Origin: Planktotalea sp.
GTDB lineage: Bacteria > Pseudomonadota > Alphaproteobacteria > Rhodobacterales > Rhodobacteraceae
Reading direction: 5' to 3'
Assembly: GCF_050633725.1 (NCBI RefSeq)
Contig: NZ_JBOEHB010000002.1
Coordinates: 1 to 64,000, forward strand
Length of the DNA: 64,000 nt
Below are positions 1 through 9,907 of this stretch, in pieces. Below the pieces are notes generated by a model. It worked only from the letters and a program-made list of their open reading frames with translations, did not search any database and was not told the DNA's origin. Position numbers and translations under genes: made by a program. Within the stretch, counting starts at the first letter, position 1; each line of letters begins with the position of its first letter.

Positions 1-1760
1 GCGCGCGGCGCACCGCATTGGCAACGGAGGTCACCGCAGATTGCTGCCCGATCACGCGGCCATGGAGCGCATCTTCCATGCGAAGCAGCTTGTCGCGCTC
101 GCCCTCAAGCATTTTGGACATGGGGATACCTGTCCAACGCTCAACCACCGATGCGATTTGCTCAGGGCGCACAGCCTCTTCGACCATCACACCGTTGTCT
201 TCGCGATCCTCGGCATCACCCAATGCCTTTTCCAGATCAGGAATAACGCCGTAGGACAGCTCACCCGCTTTGGCGAGATTGCCCTCACGTTTGGCGATAT
301 CCAGCTCCGCGCGTGCTTGATCGAGCTGCTCTTTCAGATCACGGGCACCTGCGAGTTTATCGCGTTCCGCCTGCCACTGCGCGGTCATCTCGCTTGAGCG
401 TTCTTGCAGATCAGCCAGATCTTTCTCAAGCGTTTCGAGACGGTCCTTGGACGCCTGATCATCCTCAAGCTTGAGCGCTTCCGCCTCGATCTGCTTTTGC
501 ATGATCTCACGGTCAAGCGCGTCCAGCTCTTCTGGCTTGCTGTCCACTTCCATACGCAAACGCGACGCGGCCTCGTCCATCAGGTCGATGGCTTTGTCAG
601 GTAGGAATCGGTCGGTGATATAGCGATGCGACAAGGTTGACGCCGCCACAAGCGCGCTATCAGAGATGCGCACACCGTGGTGAAGTTCGTACTTCTCCTT
701 AATACCGCGCAGGATAGAAATCGTGTCCTCAACGGTTGGTTCTTCCACCATCACAGGCTGGAAACGACGCGCAAGCGCTGCGTCTTTTTCAACGTGTTTA
801 CGGTACTCATCCAATGTGGTCGCGCCCACGCAGTGCAATTCTCCGCGCGCAAGTGCTGGTTTCAGCAGGTTAGATGCATCCATCGCACCATCGGCCTTGC
901 CCGCGCCAACAAGCGTGTGCATTTCGTCGATGAAAAGGATGATTTCGCCAGCCGCAGACGTAACTTCGCTCAGGATCGCTTTCAAACGTTCCTCGAATTC
1001 ACCGCGGTATTTTGCGCCAGCGATCAAAGCACCCATGTCGAGCGACATCAGCTTCTTGTTGCGCAGGCTTTCTGGCACGTCGCCATTGACGATGCGTAGG
1101 GCCAAACCCTCGGCAATCGCGGTTTTACCAACGCCGGGCTCACCAATGAGAACGGGGTTATTCTTGGTTCTGCGCGAAAGAACCTGCATCGCGCGGCGAA
1201 TTTCCTCGTCGCGGCCAATGATCGGGTCAATCTTGCCCTGCTCCGCCATTTCGGTCAGATCCGTCGCGTATTTCTTGAGCGCGTCATAGCCTTCTTCGGC
1301 GCTCGCGCTATCGGCGGTGCGACCCTTGCGAATGTCATTGATCGCGGAATTCAAACTCTGCGCTGTCACAGCGCCAGCCTCCAGAGCCTCACGCGCCTTG
1401 GATTTCACCAGTGCAAGCGCCTGCAAAATGCGCTCAACAGGAACGAAACTATCGCCCGCCTTCTTGGCCAGCTTCTCGGCCTCATCCAGAACCTTGGCAG
1501 TCTGCCCATCCAAATAGACCTGCCCTGCATCGCCGCTCACTTTGGCGATCTTGCCAAGCGCTGTTTCAAGCGCTTCGACAACGCGCGCGGGTGCGCCGCC
1601 AGAACGGGTAATCAGGTTGGATGCCAGACCTTGGTCGTCATCCATCAATGCTTTGAGAATATGCTCAGGCGCGAGGCGCTGATGATCTTCGCGCTGTGCA
1701 ATGGTTTGCGCCGCTTGGATAAATCCGCGCGAACGCTCAGTGAACTTGTTAAGGTCCATA
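1..1760 (-). CDS. clpB: Chaperone ClpB (AAA+ disaggregase), N-terminal ~586 aa. The C-terminus runs off the window's left edge.
   Basis: The minus-strand translation begins [18 protein letters not shown] at the ATG whose complement is 1758-1760, and AAGGAG lies 7 nt upstream. Walker A (GEPGVGKT), the coiled-coil middle domain and the second-AAA conserved segments are readable. Plus-strand track ORFs 18-1289 are antisense shadows. Confidence 0.9.
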
Positions 1761-1833
1761 GTCGTACTCCTTCTAAAGCGCCCGTCTAAATATTGCGCCT
1801 GCTTGGCAGCACGCTTGGCGTCGGGCCTCATCC

Positions 1834-1865
1834 ATAATGTGGGTATTGCAGGTCATTCTATCAAG
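1834..1865 (-). promoter_or_regulatory. Putative sigma32 (RpoH)-type heat-shock promoter for clpB.
   Basis: The minus strand reads CTTG-N18-CCCACATTAT about 70-100 nt upstream of the clpB start, resembling the alphaproteobacterial RpoH consensus CTTG-N17/18-CYTATNT. Confidence 0.4.
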
Positions 1866-1984
1866 AGAGTGTCGCCACGATATTAACGCTCATTTGGACA
1901 CATTTTGCCCAGATTCGCCTGTTTAAGGTCATAGCAGTTAACAATCAGAGGCTCCCAAAGCAGGAGCACAGCAGGAGCAAAACA

Positions 1985-2251
1985 ATGATCGTAAAGCGTA
2001 TCGACATCACGCCCACAAAAGAATTCACGCCAGAAACTGGTGGCGCTGGAAAAGTATCGTTCATTACAGACACAGGAGACGTAATCTTTGACTGTCAAAT
2101 CAAACCCGGCCACGAAGCCGAAAAGCGCAACCCCGTCGTTGCCCTCATCTCCGAAGCAATGCGCCAAGTGCAGCGTATGCCGGAATATCGCATCTCTAAA
2201 TCGTACATGAAATTCGCGCCCGGCGTTTTGCCAGCAGAATTCGCGCTGTAA
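1985..2251 (+). CDS. Hypothetical small protein (88 aa).
   Basis: The ORF has a GGAG 8 nt upstream of its ATG, sits intergenic between clpB and pyrF, and I recognise no motif in it. Confidence 0.45.
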   Translation: MIVKRIDITPTKEFTPETGGAGKVSFITDTGDVIFDCQIKPGHEAEKRNPVVALISEAMRQVQRMPEYRISKSYMKFAPGVLPAEFAL

Positions 2252-2317
2252 GCCCTTCTGCTTGACCTGCACCGCCCCTCCGCGCGATAGGAGGGCGTAT
2301 TCAGCAGGAGAAGCAAT

Positions 2318-3028
2318 ATGTCCGATGATCGTTTGATCGTAGCCCTTGATGTGCCAAACGCATTGGAAGGGCTAAAAATGGCCGAAACCTTGGGCGATAC
2401 TGTATCGTTCTACAAAATCGGTCTCGGCATGCTGACAACTGGCGGACTCGCCCTCGCGAATGAGCTGAAGGCCGAAAAGGGCAAGCGTATCTTTCTGGAT
2501 ATGAAGCTCTTTGATATCGGCGCGACTGTCGAGGCTGCGGTGCGCGGCCTAGCGCAATTTGATCTCGACTTCCTGACCGTTCATGGCGACCCGCATGTTA
2601 TTCGCGCCGCCAAAGAAGGCGCGGCAGGCAGCAACATGAAAATTCTTGGCGTAACGATCCTTACGTCGCTAGATCGCGGTGATCTGGATGATTGCCTGAT
2701 CCGTGACGGCGCTGTGCCTGATCTGGTCGTTGATCGCGCGGGCCGAGCGCTGGACGCTGGCGCAGATGGCATCATCGCCTCCCCGCAAGAAGCGGCTGCC
2801 ATTCGTGCGCTTCCAGAATCCGATGGCCGTTTGATTGTGACCCCTGGTGTCCGCCCAATAGGAGCCGAGCTAGGCGATCAAAAACGTGTCGCGACGCCCC
2901 TTAGTGCAATTTCTGACGGCGCAGATCATGTCGTAGTGGGACGCCCGATCCGTGATGCGAAAGATCGTAAAGCAGCGGCAGAAGCAATCCTTTCCGAACT
3001 TGCAACCGCAGGGCATAATCGCGCCTAG
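2318..3028 (+). CDS. pyrF: Orotidine-5'-phosphate decarboxylase.
   Basis: Translation shows LIVALDV..., the DMKLFDIG motif with catalytic Lys, and the GRPI C-terminal motif. An SD GGAGGG lies upstream. Confidence 0.9.
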   Translation: MSDDRLIVALDVPNALEGLKMAETLGDTVSFYKIGLGMLTTGGLALANELKAEKGKRIFLDMKLFDIGATVEAAVRGLAQFDLDFLTVHGDPHVIRAAKEGAAGSNMKILGVTILTSLDRGDLDDCLIRDGAVPDLVVDRAGRALDAGADGIIASPQEAAAIRALPESDGRLIVTPGVRPIGAELGDQKRVATPLSAISDGADHVVVGRPIRDAKDRKAAAEAILSELATAGHNRA

Positions 3029-3297
3029 TCGTTAATATCTTCGTCGAAGACTTTCACCTGACCACTGCGCACGCCAAGCACGCGGCGCAGTGCGATCCAT
3101 GAGATCAGTGATACAACAGCAAACACCAGAAATGTCATCGGCAGGCTAAGGCTGATGGCAGAGCCTCCGACCATCAGGATCAACCCGACCAAAGCCGCGC
3201 CAATCGCGAAGCCAAGGAAGATGAAGCTTGGCGCAAAGACTTCTAGGATGGCCAAAGCAACCGCCGCGATCATCCAAAATACCCAAGACGTCCACAT
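3025..3297 (-). CDS. NfeD-like short membrane protein, partner of the SPFH protein.
   Basis: The 90-aa product has two TM helices plus a C-terminal beta-rich tail. Its start overlaps the SPFH stop, and its stop overlaps the pyrF stop (shared CTAG). Confidence 0.7.
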   Translation of the reverse strand: MWTSWVFWMIAAVALAILEVFAPSFIFLGFAIGAALVGLILMVGGSAISLSLPMTFLVFAVVSLISWIALRRVLGVRSGQVKVFDEDIND

Positions 3298-4193
3298 TAT
3301 TTGGCCCCTCCTTTGAGCATTTTGAAGGCATCGCCAAAGGCATCCATCGCGCTGGCAGGAACGACAACCGTTTGCGAACCATTGCTTGTTCCGAGCGCTG
3401 TCAGCGCCTCAACCTGTTTCAACGCCACCTGATACTGCGCCGCTTCCAAGCCGTTCTCGGCAATCGCGGCGGCCACAACGCCCGTCGCATAGGCTTCGGC
3501 ATCGGCCGCAATGCGGCGCGCTTTGGCGATTTGTTCAGCGGCGTAAAGTTCTGCATCCGCGCTCAATTCAACGGCACGCTTTGCGCCTTCGGCCTCGGTC
3601 ACCTGCGCGCGGCGGGCGCGTTCTGCGTTGAGTTGCTGCAACATCGCATCGCGGGTTGCTTGATCGAGGTTCACATCCAAGATTTCAGCGCGGGTCACTT
3701 CAATGCCCCAATCATCCACAGCGCTTTCGACAAGTTTTTTGATCTCGGAAATAAGCTGCGTGCGGTTGGACTGCACTTCGTCCAGCTCCATCTTACCGAT
3801 CTCGGAACGCACCATACCCGCAACTGTCGTCGCAATCGCGCCGTCCACATCACGGATCCGGTACACTGTCTTTTCTGGCTCAAGAATACGGTAGAACACC
3901 GACGTTTCGACCTGCACCAACACGTTGTCGGCCGTAATCGCGTCTTGAACAGCATTGGGAAGCTGACGCTCAAGAATAGAAATTTTGTGCGCGACCTTAT
4001 CAAGGAACGGCACAATCAGGTTGATGCCTGGCCCAAGCACCGAACGCAGACGCCCAAAACGCTCCACCACAAATTTCTCGGACTGCGGAACGATCCGCAC
4101 GCCAAGCAGGATACAGATAATAATAAAGACGGCGAGCAACACGATAAACGTGTTCTGGCTCAGAAAATCTAAAGCAATTTGATCAAGCGACAT
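3297..4193 (-). CDS. SPFH / band-7 (stomatin/prohibitin-like) membrane protein.
   Basis: The product has an N-terminal TM segment, an SPFH core (VPQSEKFVVERFGR...) and a C-terminal Ala/Glu-rich coiled coil. An SD GGGAGA lies 6 nt upstream, inside a TCCCTA-N15-TAGGGA inverted repeat. Confidence 0.85.
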   Translation of the reverse strand: MSLDQIALDFLSQNTFIVLLAVFIIICILLGVRIVPQSEKFVVERFGRLRSVLGPGINLIVPFLDKVAHKISILERQLPNAVQDAITADNVLVQVETSVFYRILEPEKTVYRIRDVDGAIATTVAGMVRSEIGKMELDEVQSNRTQLISEIKKLVESAVDDWGIEVTRAEILDVNLDQATRDAMLQQLNAERARRAQVTEAEGAKRAVELSADAELYAAEQIAKARRIAADAEAYATGVVAAAIAENGLEAAQYQVALKQVEALTALGTSNGSQTVVVPASAMDAFGDAFKMLKGGAK

Positions 4194-4319
4194 AAATTTC
4201 TCCCTAGGATTATGTTCTACATAGGGATGAAACGGGCAAAGTTCAAAGACAGCTTGTTTGAATTTACGCGCCCACGAAGATAGTCTGCCTATTCAATTTA
4301 GACGAGGTGACGTCAACAC

Positions 4320-5576
4320 ATGCCCGCTCTTTGCAGAGATTGCCTGACAGATTTTGAAAGCGGCTCGCGTTGCCCCGCTTGTCGCTCTGTGCGGGTGATT
4401 GAGCATCCTGAATTGATGTCGCTCTCGATTGCCCATATGGATTGCGATGCCTTCTATGCAAGCGTGGAAAAACGCGATGATCCTTCGCTTGCGGATAAAC
4501 CTGTCATCATCGGCGGTGGCAAACGCGGTGTGGTGTCAACGGCCTGCTATGTAGCGCGGATGAAGGGCGTGCGCTCCGCCATGCCAATGTTTCAAGCGCT
4601 GAAGCTCTGCCCCGATGCCGTGGTGATCAAACCCCGCATGAGCGCCTATGTAGAGGCGTCTAAGGCGATCAAACAGATGATGCTGGACCTTACACCTGCA
4701 ATTGAACCGCTTTCGCTTGACGAAGCCTTCATGGACCTGCGCGGCACGCAGCGCCTGCATGGTGCCCCTCCTGCTGTGATGCTCGCGCGGCTTATCAAGC
4801 GCATGCGTGATGAGGTGGGACTAAGCGGATCAATCGGACTGTCCCACAACAAATTTCTCGCCAAGGTTGCCTCTGATTTGGATAAGCCACGCGGGTTTTC
4901 AGTGATAGGCGAGGCTGAAACCGCCGCGTTTCTCGCAGGAAAATCAGTGCGCATGATTTGGGGCGTAGGGCCTGCGGCACAAGCTTCGCTAGAGAAAGTC
5001 GGCATTCGCACTTTTGATGATCTTTTGCGTTGGGAAAAAGTCGATCTCATCGCACGGCTTGGCGGTACAGGCGAACGCCTCTATCACATTGCGCGCGGCG
5101 AAGATTTTCGCCGCGTCTCAGCCCATGCGCCTGTGAAAAGTATCTCCAAAGAAACAACCTTTTTTGAGGACACCGCCGATCTGGACGTGCTTGATGGGCA
5201 TATCTGGCGCTTGTCCGAGCAAGTCGCAGATCGGGCCAAGGCAAGGGATCTTGCTGGACGCGTCGTAACCCTCAAACTCAAACGCGCAAACTTCAGCCAA
5301 ATATCTCGCCGTTTGTCGCTTCGCGAACCAACGCAGATGACTGATCGAATCTACCGCGAATCGCGCGCGTTGTTCGACAGTGTCGCCAAAGAAGGTCCAT
5401 TCCGTCTCATAGGCACCGGACTATCTGACCTGTGTAAAGCAGATGGCACGGCGGATATGAACGGGGATCTGCTCGATCCAAATGCAGAAAAGCGCGGCAA
5501 AGCCGAGCGCGCGACCGATGCGATACGCGCGCGTTTTGGATCGGATGCTATAAAAAAGGGGCGCTCGCTGCGCTGA
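4320..5576 (+). CDS. dinB: DNA polymerase IV (Y-family), with a ~32-aa N-terminal CxxC-X9-CxxC extension.
   Basis: From M33 onward the core reads MSLSIAHMDCDAFYASVEK...SIGLS..., which is canonical DinB. The upstream ATG at 4320 has GAGGTG 10 nt before it, whereas the internal ATG at 4416 has no SD. Confidence 0.9.
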   Translation: MPALCRDCLTDFESGSRCPACRSVRVIEHPELMSLSIAHMDCDAFYASVEKRDDPSLADKPVIIGGGKRGVVSTACYVARMKGVRSAMPMFQALKLCPDAVVIKPRMSAYVEASKAIKQMMLDLTPAIEPLSLDEAFMDLRGTQRLHGAPPAVMLARLIKRMRDEVGLSGSIGLSHNKFLAKVASDLDKPRGFSVIGEAETAAFLAGKSVRMIWGVGPAAQASLEKVGIRTFDDLLRWEKVDLIARLGGTGERLYHIARGEDFRRVSAHAPVKSISKETTFFEDTADLDVLDGHIWRLSEQVADRAKARDLAGRVVTLKLKRANFSQISRRLSLREPTQMTDRIYRESRALFDSVAKEGPFRLIGTGLSDLCKADGTADMNGDLLDPNAEKRGKAERATDAIRARFGSDAIKKGRSLR

Positions 5577-5578
5577 TT

Positions 5579-6442
5579 TTATTCTGCTGCCAATGGCAAA
5601 CGATCTAGCCGCCCAATGTTACAAACATCAGCCAATACAGACTGCAAAGAGCGTTTGACGCAATCAAAGGACTCGTTCGGAGTAAGGTCACGCTCGTTCA
5701 TATAAATCGATCTATCTATCTCAACCTGAACCGCGTGTTGATTGCGCGACGGGCGACCGTAGGTTTGTGTAATATATGCACCCGCAAACGGCGTGTTCCG
5801 CGATACAATAAACCCAGCATTCACAAAGGCCGCTTCAATTTGATCGACAATCAAATTGCTTGCTGAGGCCCCAAACCGGTCCCCCAAAACAACATCTGGT
5901 CGCGTCTGCGAATTTCGCGCAACCCCGTCAAGCGCCTCTCGGGGCATCGAATGAAAATCAACCAAAATGCCCTGACCAAATGTCTGGCTCGCCTCTTGGA
6001 GAAGGCTTGCCAGCTGGCCGTGATAAGGATGCCAGTAATCGAGTAAACGCTTGCGTGCCTCAGCCAAGGAAATCTTACCTCGATAGATGGCGCGACCATT
6101 GGAAACGACTCGTGGAATAACGCCGAGTCCCGACGCAACACGTGGATTATGTCCGCTCTTCGCAACGCCTTCAATCAAAGCAGAGTCCAGTTCTTCTGAA
6201 CTCCTGTTCAAATCTACATAAGCGCGCGGCACATTAGCAGTCAGTAAAGGCGCACCAAATGTCGGGGCGTGATCAATAAGTTGATCGACAAAAGCATCTT
6301 CGGACGAACGGATGGCTAGCTCGCTCAATGCAGATCGGCGCATAAACGACCAAGTGTAATCGCGGCCACTATGCGGTGATGCGAATACGACGCTTGTAGA
6401 AAGCTCAATTGGCCGAATAAGTTGAAAGCCGGATCGTGGCAT
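5579..6442 (-). CDS. N-formylglutamate amidohydrolase family protein (HutG-like).
   Basis: The 287-aa product is convergent with dinB and has FGE/HutG-type zinc hydrolase motifs (SPHSGR, DFHSMP). Confidence 0.75.
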   Translation of the reverse strand: MPRSGFQLIRPIELSTSVVFASPHSGRDYTWSFMRRSALSELAIRSSEDAFVDQLIDHAPTFGAPLLTANVPRAYVDLNRSSEELDSALIEGVAKSGHNPRVASGLGVIPRVVSNGRAIYRGKISLAEARKRLLDYWHPYHGQLASLLQEASQTFGQGILVDFHSMPREALDGVARNSQTRPDVVLGDRFGASASNLIVDQIEAAFVNAGFIVSRNTPFAGAYITQTYGRPSRNQHAVQVEIDRSIYMNERDLTPNESFDCVKRSLQSVLADVCNIGRLDRLPLAAE

Positions 6443-6593
6443 GAATGCTCCTGTTAGCGTGCTTGACTATAGCCATAACAAAGCAATTACCAAAAGCCCT
6501 TGATCCCGCGAACGACTCCTTTTATAGCCCCCGTACTGACGCGGGATTCTGCGCCCCATTTTGTATAGGGCAAGCGTTTCGTAACGGTTTCAT

Positions 6594-6668
6594 GGGCGAT
6601 TAGCTCAGCGGTAGAGCACTTCGTTGACATCGAAGGGGTCACAAGTTCGATCCTTGTATCGCCCACCA
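6594..6668 (+). tRNA. tRNA-Val (anticodon GAC).
   Basis: The sequence GGGCGATTAGCTCAGCGGTAGAGCAC...CTTCG-TTGACAT-CGAAG...GGTTCGATCC...ATCGCCC-A-CCA folds as a cloverleaf. It has a 7-bp acceptor stem, anticodon-loop positions 34-36 reading GAC, and an encoded CCA. Confidence 0.85.
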
Positions 6669-6735
6669 TGAATTTTTGCCCATTTTGGGCGCTAACCCCG
6701 AGGCGCACGCAGCGCCGCGTATGAGGAGATAACCG

Positions 6736-6861
6736 ATGAAGGTTAAAAACTCGCTCCGCTCGCTGAAGCAGCGTCACCGCGATTGCCGCGTTGTGCGTCG
6801 TAAAGGCCGTGTTTATGTGATCAACAAGACACAGCCTCGCTTCAAGGCCCGTCAGGGTTAA
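6736..6861 (+). CDS. rpmJ: 50S ribosomal protein L36 (41 aa).
   Basis: [41 protein letters not shown] matches L36 essentially end to end. GAGGAG lies upstream. It is missing from the ORF track because it is shorter than 60 aa. Confidence 0.85.
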   Translation: MKVKNSLRSLKQRHRDCRVVRRKGRVYVINKTQPRFKARQG

Positions 6862-6886
6862 GAGCAAGTAGCTTTTGAATTGATTG

Positions 6887-6917
6887 GGCCGTCTCTTTTG
6901 AGGCGGCCTTTTCTTTT
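6887..6917 (+). terminator. Rho-independent terminator after rpmJ.
   Basis: A 9-bp stem GGCCGTCTC-tttt-GAGGCGGCC (one G-U pair) is followed by TTTTCTTTT. Confidence 0.6.
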
Positions 6918-6927
6918 GCACCTATCT

Positions 6928-7713
6928 TTAACAACTTGTGACGCCTGCCTGACACAGTGTTTCGTGATCGGGGAACCAGATTTCTTCGAAAGGAACTGAA
7001 AAGGCGCGCTTAAGAAACAAGGAATCTACGCCGCGTTTCTCAAACATTTTTTGATCGCGCAACTGCTCTGTTTCAGTGTCGATCGTCTGAATTCCACTCA
7101 ATAATTTGTACCCATGAAATCCAATCCGTCCTTCTTGCGTTAACCTTCGTTTTTCACCAGCAATGAACACAAGTGTGCATGCAGAAGAACAGGTTCCGCT
7201 GGTGAGTGTGTCCAACTTTGCCTCCGACACCAATCGGGCCATACCGCGCGCCGCCGCAATCCTTCCGCCGGCACTATCAAGTGACAGGGTCTTAAGCCGA
7301 GGGTTTTGATGAAGCGTCCTTTCCAACGCATCAAAACTATCGAAATCTATTGGGCCGAGCCAATAGACGACAGTTCCGCGCGTTTTTAAAACAGGCGCTT
7401 CAAGAGGGGGCATAGGTGGTCGCATGGCGCGCAGAGCGACGGCGCTTACCCAGTGATTTGCGCTGACAAAAAGGGCGATGATGACCGACAGTGACATCAA
7501 CCAAAACGACAACGTCTGAGGATGCAATCGGATCAATCGAACCGCTAAGGCAATCGTGGCAATCAGGATGAGAAAATCTAGGCAGAAAATTCTTACAAAT
7601 GCCGTTGAATCAATGCTCGCGTCGTTCGGAAGACCGAGAAAAACCCCCAGCCTCCCAAGCCACAAAAATGCGAGCGTTAACAGTATTTGAACTTCAGGCG
7701 ATCGCCTCAACAT
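6928..7713 (-). CDS. Membrane protein with a C-terminal ClpP/crotonase-like periplasmic domain (COG3904-like).
   Basis: Three N-terminal TM helices precede a segment GRIAAARGMARLVSEAKLDTLTSGTCSSACTLVFIAG that resembles the serine-protease-like fold of COG3904. It is the last gene of the long minus-strand block. Confidence 0.5.
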   Translation of the reverse strand: MLRRSPEVQILLTLAFLWLGRLGVFLGLPNDASIDSTAFVRIFCLDFLILIATIALAVRLIRLHPQTLSFWLMSLSVIIALFVSANHWVSAVALRAMRPPMPPLEAPVLKTRGTVVYWLGPIDFDSFDALERTLHQNPRLKTLSLDSAGGRIAAARGMARLVSEAKLDTLTSGTCSSACTLVFIAGEKRRLTQEGRIGFHGYKLLSGIQTIDTETEQLRDQKMFEKRGVDSLFLKRAFSVPFEEIWFPDHETLCQAGVTSC

Positions 7714-7790
7714 ACGTCAATAAGGCAACTAAGCACGCGAATTAGCAACATTCAAATTTGATGCACGTGTTTGCTGCCGTTCGATCGGTC

Positions 7791-8987
7791 TTAATCGTAG
7801 CTGCGTTGATCCTCGATCACCAAACCATCGCGCGGCAAAGCGCCGGGCGCAACGAGCTCTACGTTGCCCTTCATTTTGAGCGTGGATTGCACAGCGCTGG
7901 CAAAGCCGTTCGGATCAGTGTCAGACGTCTCGATCTGCACCGTCAGCACGTCTTTCTCAGCCTCACGCGTCGCAACAACGCGCGCGCGCGCGATTCCGTC
8001 ATGGCTTGCGACCAGGTCAGCAACCTGTTCAGGGCGCACGAACATACCTTTGATTTTGGTTGTTTGATCCGCGCGGCCCATCCAGCCTTTGATCCGCATG
8101 TTGGTACGTCCACACGAAGACTGCCCTACCATCACCGCACTTAGATCGCCTGTCGCAAATCGGATCAAAGGGTAATCAGGGTTCAGTGACGTCACGATCA
8201 CTTCGCCAACTTCGCCAGGTTCAACAGGGGTGCCTGTACCGGGAGTTACAATCTCAACGATCACGCCCTCATCGACAATCATACCTTCCGCAGCGGGGCT
8301 CTCGTAGGCCACATTGCCAAGATCGGCCGTTGCGTAGTTCTGCAAGCAAAGCACACCGCGATCTGCGTATTCTTGGCGCAAGGACGGGAACAAGGCACCG
8401 CCACCAACAGCGGCCTTTGTAATGCCCAACTCAATGCCCATCGCGTCAGCTTTATCAAGGATAACCTTAAGATAATCAGGCGTTCCAGCATAAGCCGTCG
8501 AGCCGACATCTTTAGCTGCGCGCACCTGCAATTCGGTTTGACCTGTTCCCGCTGGCAGCACAGTCGCGCCAACCGCGCGCGCACCGTTTTCAAAGATCGA
8601 ACCAGCTGGGGTCAAGTGATAGCCAAAGCAGTTCTGAACAATGTCCCCTTTGCCAATGCCAATCGCATGGAGAAAACGCCCAATGCGCCACCAATCATGG
8701 CTGACACCGCCGGGCTCATAGATCGGGCCGGGGCTTTGGAAAACATGCGCAACATTGGACACATTGAGCCCACCGAATGGCGGCTTGTCCGCTTGCAGGC
8801 TCACAAGGTCAGACTTGCGAAACACCGGCAGCTTTGGAAGGTCCGCGATTGAGCTTATCCCGCTCGCATCTGCACCTGCACGCGCCAATTGCTCAAGGAG
8901 TGCAGCGCTTTGCTGCGTCATGCGTTCGTCAGCGGAACGTGTTTCTAACGTGTCGAAAAAAGAGGTCATTGAGCGGCTCGCAAGCAA
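7791..8987 (-). CDS. Phenylacetate-CoA ligase family (PaaK / F390 synthetase-like) adenylating enzyme.
   Basis: The ORF is 398 aa (the true start may be M7 MTSFFD...). The AMP-binding-like core without the classical long N-domain matches the PaaK-like family usually linked to HAAT transporters. Confidence 0.75.
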   Translation of the reverse strand: MLASRSMTSFFDTLETRSADERMTQQSAALLEQLARAGADASGISSIADLPKLPVFRKSDLVSLQADKPPFGGLNVSNVAHVFQSPGPIYEPGGVSHDWWRIGRFLHAIGIGKGDIVQNCFGYHLTPAGSIFENGARAVGATVLPAGTGQTELQVRAAKDVGSTAYAGTPDYLKVILDKADAMGIELGITKAAVGGGALFPSLRQEYADRGVLCLQNYATADLGNVAYESPAAEGMIVDEGVIVEIVTPGTGTPVEPGEVGEVIVTSLNPDYPLIRFATGDLSAVMVGQSSCGRTNMRIKGWMGRADQTTKIKGMFVRPEQVADLVASHDGIARARVVATREAEKDVLTVQIETSDTDPNGFASAVQSTLKMKGNVELVAPGALPRDGLVIEDQRSYD

Positions 8988-9009
8988 AAGGGAAATCAGA
9001 AAGGGCGGC

Positions 9010-9882
9010 TTAGCTCAGCCAACGCTTGCGACGGCGGTAAGAGCGCACATCACGGAAGCTCTTACGGCCATCATCGGACATGCCAAGATAGAACTCCTTA
9101 ACATCGGGGTTCTCACGCAGTTCGGCGGCAGGACCGTCCATCACGACGCGGCCGCTCTCAAGAATATAACCATAGTGCGCGAAACGCAGCGCGACGTTGG
9201 TGTTTTGCTCAGCCAGAAGGAAGGTCACGCCTTCTTCTTCGTTCACCTTTTTGACGATCTCGAAAATCTGCTCCACCAGTTGCGGAGCAAGACCCATAGA
9301 AGGTTCGTCCAGCAAAATAGTTTCAGGTCGGGACATCAATGCACGGCCCATCGCAACCATCTGTTGCTCACCGCCCGATGTGTAGCCCGCTTGGGACTTA
9401 CGACGTTCCTTGAGGCGTGGGAAATAGTTGTAGACCATCTCCAAATCAGAAGCGATTGCGCCCTTGCCGTCAGTGCGTGTGTACGCACCCGTTAGCAGGT
9501 TTTCCTCAACAGTGAGGTGTTCGAAACAGTGACGGCCTTCCATCACTTGAATGACGCCAGAGCGGACCAAATCGGCAGGGTCTCGCCCCGCGAGATCCGC
9601 GCCGCGATAGCTGACGGAGCCTTTGGTAATGTCACCGCGCTCGGACTTCAAAAGGCCGGAAATCGCTTTAAGCGTCGTTGTTTTACCAGCACCGTTGCCG
9701 CCAAGAAGCGCAACGATACCGCCTTTGGGCACATGAAGGCTCACGCCCTTCAACACAAGGATCACGTGGTTATAGATCACTTCAATGTTGTTAACTTCGA
9801 GAAGTTTTTCGGTGCTCGGAGCAGCATCTAGCATGTCAAACGCCCTGTCATGAATTAGGTTAGGGGATGGTTCGGCCAGCAT
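9010..9882 (-). CDS. ABC transporter ATP-binding protein, HAAT family (LivF-like).
   Basis: Walker A GGNGAGKTTTLK, the LSGGEQQM signature and Walker B ILLLDEPS are present. The start may be the internal MLDAAP ATG at about 9834. Confidence 0.85.
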   Translation of the reverse strand: MLAEPSPNLIHDRAFDMLDAAPSTEKLLEVNNIEVIYNHVILVLKGVSLHVPKGGIVALLGGNGAGKTTTLKAISGLLKSERGDITKGSVSYRGADLAGRDPADLVRSGVIQVMEGRHCFEHLTVEENLLTGAYTRTDGKGAIASDLEMVYNYFPRLKERRKSQAGYTSGGEQQMVAMGRALMSRPETILLDEPSMGLAPQLVEQIFEIVKKVNEEEGVTFLLAEQNTNVALRFAHYGYILESGRVVMDGPAAELRENPDVKEFYLGMSDDGRKSFRDVRSYRRRKRWLS

Positions 9883-9907
9883 AGGGCCGGCCGAACCTTA
9901 AAGAGGC

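Noticed and set aside
723-1289. 188-aa plus-strand ORF and its neighbours at 18-1099
   Set aside because: They are antisense to clpB.
3228-4172. 314-aa plus-strand ORF
   Set aside because: It is antisense to the SPFH gene, and its product is Arg/His-rich nonsense with no RBS.
4194-4319. Search for a LexA / SOS box upstream of dinB (alphaproteobacterial GAAC-N7-GAAC or GTTC-N7-GTTC)
   Set aside because: I could find no convincing direct-repeat box. The TCCCTA-N15-TAGGGA inverted repeat at 4201-4227 contains the SPFH gene's SD and is more simply an RBS-region hairpin. dinB may be regulated from a site I cannot recognise, or may not be SOS-controlled here.
6487-6921. 144-aa minus-strand ORF
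   Set aside because: It spans the tRNA-Val gene and rpmJ on the opposite strand, so it is an artefact.
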